Below, piece by piece: positions 58,478 through 64,000 of a DNA stretch of 64,000 nucleotides. The position numbers and the translations under genes were made by a program. The first letter of the stretch is position 1. Every line of letters begins with the position of its first letter. Under the pieces are notes generated by a model. The model was not told the origin of the DNA. It did no database searches and worked only from the letters and a program-made list of their open reading frames with translations. The DNA is from Phycisphaerales bacterium (GTDB lineage Bacteria > Planctomycetota > Phycisphaerae > Phycisphaerales > UBA1924). The stretch spans positions 549 through 64,548 of the forward strand of contig CBDDIA010000001.1 in the NCBI GenBank assembly GCA_965228685.1, given 5' to 3'.

Positions 58478-60023
58478 ATGAACACGAACCCATCCATCGC
58501 AATCGCGTCGTTGATGATTGTCTCGTCCACGCTCTGTGCACAGCTCGCGGTCGAGCACACCCCAACGCACGCGCCGACACCAGTTGACGGAAGCGGGATC
58601 TGGACGCACTTCACGGGCAACGCAATGCGGAACACGGTGCCGAGTGTCGCGATGATGCCGTCGCTCGAAACCCCCTCGTGGGTGAACACCGACCATGTCC
58701 CCGTTGCACAAACCGGTCTCGTCGTCGATGATCGCCATATCTACGCGATGACCGTGGAATCCGGAAACACCTACTTCGCGGTTGCGCTCGATCGCGTATC
58801 AGGCGAAGAGATCTGGGCATCACCGATCGCGCCGGTCATCCTCGATTCGTGGTCGTCCCCCGCGCTCGACATCGAGCATGGCACCCTGATCATCGCGACC
58901 GGCAGCACCATCGTCGCACTCGACATTACCACCGGCGAGCAGGTCTGGTCGCACACGCTCAGCTCTACGATCGTCAACGCATCACCGGTCGTCACCAATG
59001 ACCTCGGCGATCGCGATCGCGTGCTGATCACCAACTACTCGTTTGGAGGGCTCGGCAACGCACAGCTCATCTGCATCAACATCGATCCGTTCAACGCGGA
59101 CACCAACCCCTATCACCCGGGCGATCTCGTCTGGGCGAAAAACCTCGGCGCCGACTCATCGGGGAACACACCCGCGTACCAGAGCGGGCGGGTGTACCTT
59201 GCGACGGCGAGCAACGGGAGCGGTTCACGCGGCACCATCCGCGGCTACGACATCACGGAGGATGTCGCGCCGGCATCGCCGCTCTGGTCGTTCACCAACA
59301 CGATCAACGCCGGGTTCTTCGGCGGCGTGTCGATCGCCAAGGGGCACATCTACGCGAGCTCATACTCGTTCAGTGGGTTGCAAACCAGCGCCAACACCGT
59401 GAAGCTCAACAAGAACACCGGCGCACTCGTCTGGTCCGTCTCCACCAACCGCACCGACGCGACGCCCATCGTCCTCCCCAACGGCGATGTCATTGTCTCC
59501 GCGGGCGTGGCGCAGGGCGTAAACCAACAACATCCCATTCTTCGGCACCATCCCCAGCATCTCCTACATCGATGACGCAGGTTCATCCGCGATACTCGCG
59601 TGGGATTCCTTCCTCGAGACCCACGACGACACGAACACCAACGGGTTCTGGGATTTCGGCGAGTCGTACCTCTCCATCGGCGGGTGGACGCATCAACCGA
59701 TCGCGATCAGTGTGAACAACATCCCGCACCTGCTTGTCGGGACGCTGCCACTCAACTCGCCGGTTTCGTACATTGGGAACAACACCGACCTACGCCTGAT
59801 CGACCTCACCAAGTCCCCCACCGATGCGGGGTTCATTGTTGATCATGCAACGGACACCGGGAACACCCCTGCGATCGCGTCTGGGTGGATCTACTCCGGG
59901 TCCGATGAAGGCATCAAAGCATTCGCACGGCCGTCGTCGCTGCTCGCTGTCCGTTCGCTCGTCGATCGTTACACCCGCGGCGAGCTCACCCTCCACGAAC
60001 TGCTGGAGCGGCTCCCTAGATGA
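58478..60023 (+). pseudogene. Secreted PQQ-like beta-propeller repeat protein with one 1-bp frame break at 59521-59523
   Basis: ORF 58478..59575 has a signal peptide (MNTNPSIAIASLMIVSSTLCAQ) and repeated blade motifs (IYAMT...ALDRVSGEEIW; IVALDITTGEQVW; VKLNKNTGALVW). It ends in nonsense after ...VSAGVAQGV. The next frame continues (T)NNIPFFGTIPSISYIDDAGSSAILAWDSF... into ORF 59712..60023. 1546 nt equals 515 codons plus 1. Confidence 0.7.
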
Positions 60024-60835
60024 CCAACGCCCAGCGTCCATCACGGGGATTCACGCTCATCGAGCTGCTGGTCGTCATCGCGATCATTGCGCTGCTCGTC
60101 GGGATCTTGCTCCCCGCGCTGTCGCACGCACGCGACTCGGGCAAGGCGATGGTGTGCGCGTCGAATCAGCGCCAGCTCATCACCGCGTTCACGATGTACA
60201 CGGACGACCATCGCGGGTACGCGATGCCGCACCTCTACGCATCGGGGATCACGCGCACCTACTGGTACGGGCGAGAGAACATCGCGACCCAAGCGCTCGA
60301 TCACACGCTCGGCACACTCACGCCCTACCTCTCCGCGGCACCGGGTGATCGATCGGTCTTCGAGTGCCCCGATCAGCCCGAGGGCTCGTACCACACGCAG
60401 GGATCGACCGGGTCGTACACCTCGACATACGGGTACAACGCGTACGGGCTCTCGCCCAACACATCGGGATACTTCGAGCTCTACAACCAGCGGACGCTCA
60501 CGCTCGCGCAGATTGATCGCCCGTCCGCCCAGCTCGTGTTCGCCGACGCGATGATCGTGCTGTTCTCGGGACAACCCTCAAACTCCGCGCTGCTCGACCC
60601 GCCCATGCTCTATGCGCCCAACTCCGGATGGCGCGAGAACTTCTCCCCCACCACCGCGTTCCGTCATCATCGACCCGATGTCGGGTTCGGCAAAGCGTTC
60701 ACTGCTCGCGCGGACGGGTCCGTGCTCTTCGATGTCCACGACCCCGACGCACGCAACATCGAACTCCACGGTATCGGATCGATCGCGTCCGACAACGACC
60801 CGAACTATGTCCAGCGCATGGAGAGGTGGCGCTGA
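60020..60835 (+). CDS. DUF1559 protein with prepilin-type N-terminal cleavage/methylation domain
   Basis: 271 aa. SRGFTLIELLVVIAIIALLVGILLPALSHARDSGKAMVCASNQRQL. ATGA overlap with the propeller gene stop. Confidence 0.85.
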   Translation: MTNAQRPSRGFTLIELLVVIAIIALLVGILLPALSHARDSGKAMVCASNQRQLITAFTMYTDDHRGYAMPHLYASGITRTYWYGRENIATQALDHTLGTLTPYLSAAPGDRSVFECPDQPEGSYHTQGSTGSYTSTYGYNAYGLSPNTSGYFELYNQRTLTLAQIDRPSAQLVFADAMIVLFSGQPSNSALLDPPMLYAPNSGWRENFSPTTAFRHHRPDVGFGKAFTARADGSVLFDVHDPDARNIELHGIGSIASDNDPNYVQRMERWR

Positions 60836-61059
60836 TGTTCGTCGATCGATGCGTTTGCTTGAAGGTTCCGTTCAGACTCCTCGATCAGATCGTGGAGAAC
60901 GAGCACGATGTCGAGACCGAGACCATCGAATCGATCTTCGAAGCGCTCCAGAAACGCACCAAGTGCTCCACGAACTGCGGCATGTGCCGCCCGTACATCC
61001 TCCGCATGATCGAAACCGGGCAGACTAGCTTCGTCCCCTTCCCGCCCAACCAGCGCTGA
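60835..61059 (+). CDS. BFD-like (2Fe-2S)-binding domain protein, 74 aa
   Basis: TGATG overlap with the DUF1559 stop. MFVDRCVCLKV...KCSTNCGMCRPY gives the C-x-C...C-x3-C-x2-C cysteine pattern of bacterioferritin-associated-ferredoxin-like domains. Confidence 0.65.
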   Translation: MFVDRCVCLKVPFRLLDQIVENEHDVETETIESIFEALQKRTKCSTNCGMCRPYILRMIETGQTSFVPFPPNQR

Positions 61060-61077
61060 CGCCCATATCATCCGGGT

Positions 61078-61809
61078 ATGAACGACACGATTAAGACCAT
61101 GCGTGCGCACCGCTCGATCCGCATCTTTAAGGACGAGCCGATCCTCCAAGATCACATCGAGCAGGCGATGCTCGCGGGGCAGGCCGCCGCGACGAGCAGC
61201 GCCGTGCAGCCGTACTGCGTCATCCGCGTTACGGACGACGACACCCGCCAGCAGATCGCCGATCTCGCCGGGCCACAACAGAAGGTCCGCGATTGCCCCG
61301 CGTTCTTCATCATCTGTGCCGACCTGCGCAAGCACAAGCTCATCACCGAGCGTACGGGCAGCACGCACATCACCTCGCTCGAAGCCTTCCTCGTCGGCGC
61401 GGTCGACGCGTCGCTCTTCGCACAGAACTTCGTCCTCGCGCTCGAGTCCCTCGGGTACGGCACATGCTACATCGGTGGGATTCGCAACGATCTGCCGCTC
61501 GTCGACAAGCTCCTCAACCTCCCGCAGGGCGTGCTCCCGCTTTACGGGCTGTGTGTCGGTCTCCCTGATCAGGACCCGGCGCACCGCCCGCGTCTCGCGT
61601 CATCCGCGATGCTCTTCGAGGACCGGTACCCCGACGACGAGACCACGCTCGCGCAGATCGACGCGTACGACGAGGAGTACAAGCAGTACCTCTCCGATCG
61701 CGGCGCCGAGCCCGCGACCTGGTCGCAGGCCATCGCGAACCGGTTTTCATACGCCAAACGCCCGGGGCTGCGTGCGTACTACGAATCCAAGGGTGTTTCG
61801 CTCGATTAA
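61078..61809 (+). CDS. NfsA-like oxygen-insensitive NAD(P)H nitroreductase/flavin reductase
   Basis: 243 aa, alignable by eye along its length to E. coli NfsA. HRSIRIFKDEPI, FFIICADLRKH, YIGGIRNDLPLVDKLLNLPQGVLPLYGLCVGLPDQDP, RPRL. Confidence 0.85.
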   Translation: MNDTIKTMRAHRSIRIFKDEPILQDHIEQAMLAGQAAATSSAVQPYCVIRVTDDDTRQQIADLAGPQQKVRDCPAFFIICADLRKHKLITERTGSTHITSLEAFLVGAVDASLFAQNFVLALESLGYGTCYIGGIRNDLPLVDKLLNLPQGVLPLYGLCVGLPDQDPAHRPRLASSAMLFEDRYPDDETTLAQIDAYDEEYKQYLSDRGAEPATWSQAIANRFSYAKRPGLRAYYESKGVSLD

Positions 61810-61829
61810 CTCCGGAGTCCATCAAAACC

Positions 61830-62345
61830 ATGAAGCACGCACTCTTTATCATCATGCTCGTCGCGGGGATCACGACCCTTGCTCTTGCTCAGCCCACCAG
61901 ATCGCCACGCGACACGGGCGGCACACGCGTGATCTATGTCGTCCGCCATGCGGAGAAAGCATCGGGCCCTGACCCGGTGCTCTCCGAGCAAGGGCACACC
62001 CGGGCCGATCGGCTCGCCCAGATGCTCAAGCACGAACCATTGAGTGCCGTCTTCGTGACCGATACGAACCGATCTCGCATGACCGGCTCGCCCAGCGCGG
62101 AAGTGCACGCGATCGAGACCACAACTTACCCCGCGACCGATCCGCACGCCCTTCGCTCGAAGATCGAAGCGCTCCCGCACGAATCAAACGCGTTGGTGAT
62201 TGCACACTCCAACACCGTCTCGCTGATTCTTGAATCGCTTGGCGCCCAATCCATAGGCGATCTCCCCGAGGACGAGTACACGCGTGTATTCGCCGTCGTC
62301 CTTCGCGACGGGTCGCATATCCGCACGCTCAATCTCTCGTACTGA
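61830..62345 (+). CDS. Histidine phosphatase superfamily (SixA/PGAM-like) protein with signal peptide
   Basis: 171 aa. MKHALFIIMLVAGITTLALAQ signal, VIYVVRHAEK (RH catalytic motif), LVIAHSNT. Confidence 0.75.
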   Translation: MKHALFIIMLVAGITTLALAQPTRSPRDTGGTRVIYVVRHAEKASGPDPVLSEQGHTRADRLAQMLKHEPLSAVFVTDTNRSRMTGSPSAEVHAIETTTYPATDPHALRSKIEALPHESNALVIAHSNTVSLILESLGAQSIGDLPEDEYTRVFAVVLRDGSHIRTLNLSY

Positions 62346-63293
62346 TCACCGATCTTCCCAGAACAGTCGCCCACCCTCGTAATCGAGCGTCACGCGATCG
62401 CCGACGAACAATCCGGATCCGACATTGCCCACAAGGTTCTCGATCGGAGGCCCGCCGCCGGGTGTCGTCATGAACAGCACGCGTGATTCATCGATCTCCA
62501 ACTTGCCGAGCATGGCGTGCGCGAGGGGCGCGGTACGCAGATCGAACATCACGCCATCGATCCCCATGCCCTGACCGGCTACTTGTTGATCCGGGTCGTC
62601 CGCATCAACCAATCCCAACGCGTCCGCCTGCTCATGATCAACCTCGATCGCATAGGTCGCGCCCAGATCGAGCAGGAAGTTCCCCACGACGGGCTTGGTC
62701 TTCTTCCCCATGAGCATGGGCGTGACCTGCCCCTCGAAGTACGGGAACCCCATCGCGATCTTGATCTGCATCACCTTCGCATCCTCGGGCATCTCGTACG
62801 CGTCACGACCCGTGAGCACGAGCTCGCCCGATCCATAATCGATGCTCGTCATGTAGCGCTCGATCAACGACGCGCCGAGGAACCCCGCGACGCGCTTGCC
62901 GTTGAACGCAGGCAGTTCCGCCGCATCGGGCAGCACCGTCACCATCGCGTCCGTGAACGACAACAGATCGCCCGACGCGCCGAGCGACACATGCACATCG
63001 CTCGCCTGCTCGACCGTCAACGAGCCCGACCCCGCGCCGCCCATCTCACCGAGCGGTTTCGTCTCAATTCCAACGTCCGCCGCGACATACGCGAACATCG
63101 TCGTGTTCTGATTCCCCGTATCGAGCACAAACCAGTACGGCCCATCCCCCTCGATCCACACGGGCAACACGATGTGCCCCGTCGCGGTATCGATCTTGAT
63201 CGTTACGGGTTCCTGCGCCGTCCTCGGGGTTGGTTCGCCCCCACTGCCCACAAGGCACACACTCAGGATCAATGATATCAACAACGCGGGCAT
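62346..63293 (-). CDS. Secreted retropepsin-like aspartyl protease, two tandem half-domains
   Basis: 315 aa. N-terminal signal MPALLISLILSVCLVGS. First lobe WFVLDTGNQNT (D-T-G). Second lobe NFLLDLGATYAIEV (D-L-G). Confidence 0.6.
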   Translation of the reverse strand: MPALLISLILSVCLVGSGGEPTPRTAQEPVTIKIDTATGHIVLPVWIEGDGPYWFVLDTGNQNTTMFAYVAADVGIETKPLGEMGGAGSGSLTVEQASDVHVSLGASGDLLSFTDAMVTVLPDAAELPAFNGKRVAGFLGASLIERYMTSIDYGSGELVLTGRDAYEMPEDAKVMQIKIAMGFPYFEGQVTPMLMGKKTKPVVGNFLLDLGATYAIEVDHEQADALGLVDADDPDQQVAGQGMGIDGVMFDLRTAPLAHAMLGKLEIDESRVLFMTTPGGGPPIENLVGNVGSGLFVGDRVTLDYEGGRLFWEDR

Positions 63294-63401
63294 AGGCCTC
63301 TCCTTTGGGGAGGGAGGATGCGCTGGGGTTGGAGGTCTGTCAGGATTACGACATCAATATGCGAGTTCTTCTCTTGGGAGAGCTGCATCTCCCAGATGGG
63401 T

Positions 63402-63431
63402 GCCCTGCTTTGACCCGAAGGGCAAAGCAGG
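63402..63431. repeat. REP-like palindromic hairpin, left copy
   Basis: GCCCTGCTTTGACCCGAAGGGCAAAGCAGG forms an imperfect hairpin (CCTGCTTTG / CAAAGCAGG arms around CCCGAAGGG). Its exact reverse complement is at 63971-64000. Confidence 0.65.
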
Positions 63432-63438
63432 TTCCCAC

Positions 63439-63954
63439 CTACCAATCCCGCCTCAATGGAACAACACCAGACTCACCCGCGTAATCTGGCGCCGAAGACC
63501 ACACCCAATCCGAAGGATTCACAACAAGCCCACGCCGAACAGGATTCCGATGGATATATTCGATCTTCTCTCGGATATCACTCTCACTCCGCAGGTTCCG
63601 GTCATACCCGCCCCCGCGTTGCCAGAACAACGCTCGCCCATGCGGCCCAACAAGTTGTCCAAGAATCGGCGCATCCTCTCGTCGATATCGTTCGATCATC
63701 TCACGCCCGAACCCCTGCTTGAGTCCACGCAAGACCCCGCTGATCTTCCCATCATGAGGCACGACGATCAGGTGCACATGATCCGGCATGATCACATACG
63801 CGATGACATCGAACCTTAACCGCACGGATTGGTTCGCGATCTCGTGGAGATACAGGTCTCGAGTATCAGGTGTGTTGAGGAGGGGAAGTCGATCGAAACA
63901 GGAGTAGGTCAGGAACCGGGCTTGGTTCGGGATATCGTAGTGTTTGACTGGCAT
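63439..63954 (-). CDS. REP-associated tyrosine transposase (RAYT; IS200/IS605 TnpA-like HUH enzyme)
   Basis: 171 aa. HUH motif AYVIMPDHVHLIVVP and catalytic-Tyr helix IEYIHRNPVRRGL. The size is typical of RAYTs. Confidence 0.85.
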   Translation of the reverse strand: MPVKHYDIPNQARFLTYSCFDRLPLLNTPDTRDLYLHEIANQSVRLRFDVIAYVIMPDHVHLIVVPHDGKISGVLRGLKQGFGREMIERYRREDAPILGQLVGPHGRALFWQRGGGYDRNLRSESDIREKIEYIHRNPVRRGLVVNPSDWVWSSAPDYAGESGVVPLRRDW

Positions 63955-63970
63955 TTGGTATCAACAGGTT

Positions 63971-64000
63971 CCTGCTTTGCCCTTCGGGTCAAAGCAGGGC
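63971..64000. repeat. REP-like palindromic hairpin, right copy (inverted)
   Basis: CCTGCTTTGCCCTTCGGGTCAAAGCAGGGC is the reverse complement of 63402-63431. The window ends here. Confidence 0.65.

Larger units (their letters stand above)
63402..64000 (-). mobile_element. REPtron-like unit: RAYT gene bracketed by inverted REP hairpins (right end may be truncated by the window)
   Basis: 30-nt sequences at 63402-63431 and 63971-64000 are exact reverse complements. They lie 7 and 16 nt from the RAYT stop and start. Confidence 0.55.

Noticed and set aside
61078-61809. Possibility that the nitroreductase-family gene behind the B12 riboswitch is BluB (DMB synthase)
   Set aside because: The sequence tracks E. 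coli NfsA along its whole length, including the C-terminal extension, rather than the BluB pattern as I recall it. It is kept as an NfsA-like flavin reductase, and a role in corrinoid reduction is only speculation.
61830-62345. Possibility that the histidine phosphatase is CobC (alpha-ribazole phosphatase)
   Set aside because: It is the same superfamily, but it carries an N-terminal signal peptide, whereas CobC acts in the cytoplasm. I cannot support the call.

Overview
This is a 64-kb, visibly GC-rich and densely coding chromosomal segment. Two DUF1559 prepilin-like genes, a PEP-CTERM protein, a dockerin-like protein and frequent lack of Shine-Dalgarno sites suggest Planctomycetota, probably Phycisphaerae (inference only). 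Gene order, left to right: phoU and mfd (both with broken frames), a comEA-like gene and purC. Next comes a ~10-kb tightly packed minus-strand operon of three SPFH/band-7 paralogues, an ABC ATPase, an ABC-2 permease and a 664-aa membrane-anchored protein, with a divergent second ABC-2-like permease. Then a glycogen-synthase-like glycosyltransferase, tRNA-Leu(GAG), a cheB-cheW-cheR-cheA-cheX-cheY operon, secreted and lipoprotein hypotheticals, and a plant-type ferredoxin-NADP reductase. After that come a family-5 solute-binding protein with a single permease, and trpG/pabA. acpP-fabF lies ~6.4 kb upstream of rpmF-plsX-fabH-fabD-fabG. The intervening genes are a FliN-like gene, DUF1559, GH15, an XRE-cupin regulator, an AraC regulator and tRNA-Lys(CUU). 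The right end holds recQ, then a cobalamin riboswitch heading a non-canonical gene set, and finally a RAYT transposase flanked by inverted REP hairpins at the window edge. The riboswitch gene set is a PEP-CTERM protein, a beta-propeller, a DUF1559 pilin-like protein, a BFD-like ferredoxin, an NfsA-like reductase and a secreted histidine phosphatase. It is the best candidate here for an undescribed system, followed by the SPFH-ABC operon. Nine indel-type frame breaks interrupt six otherwise well-conserved genes, and seven of them cluster at 53.5-59.6 kb. I saw no rRNA, CRISPR array, prophage or recognisable defence system. All homology calls come from reading motifs in the translations; no searches were run.
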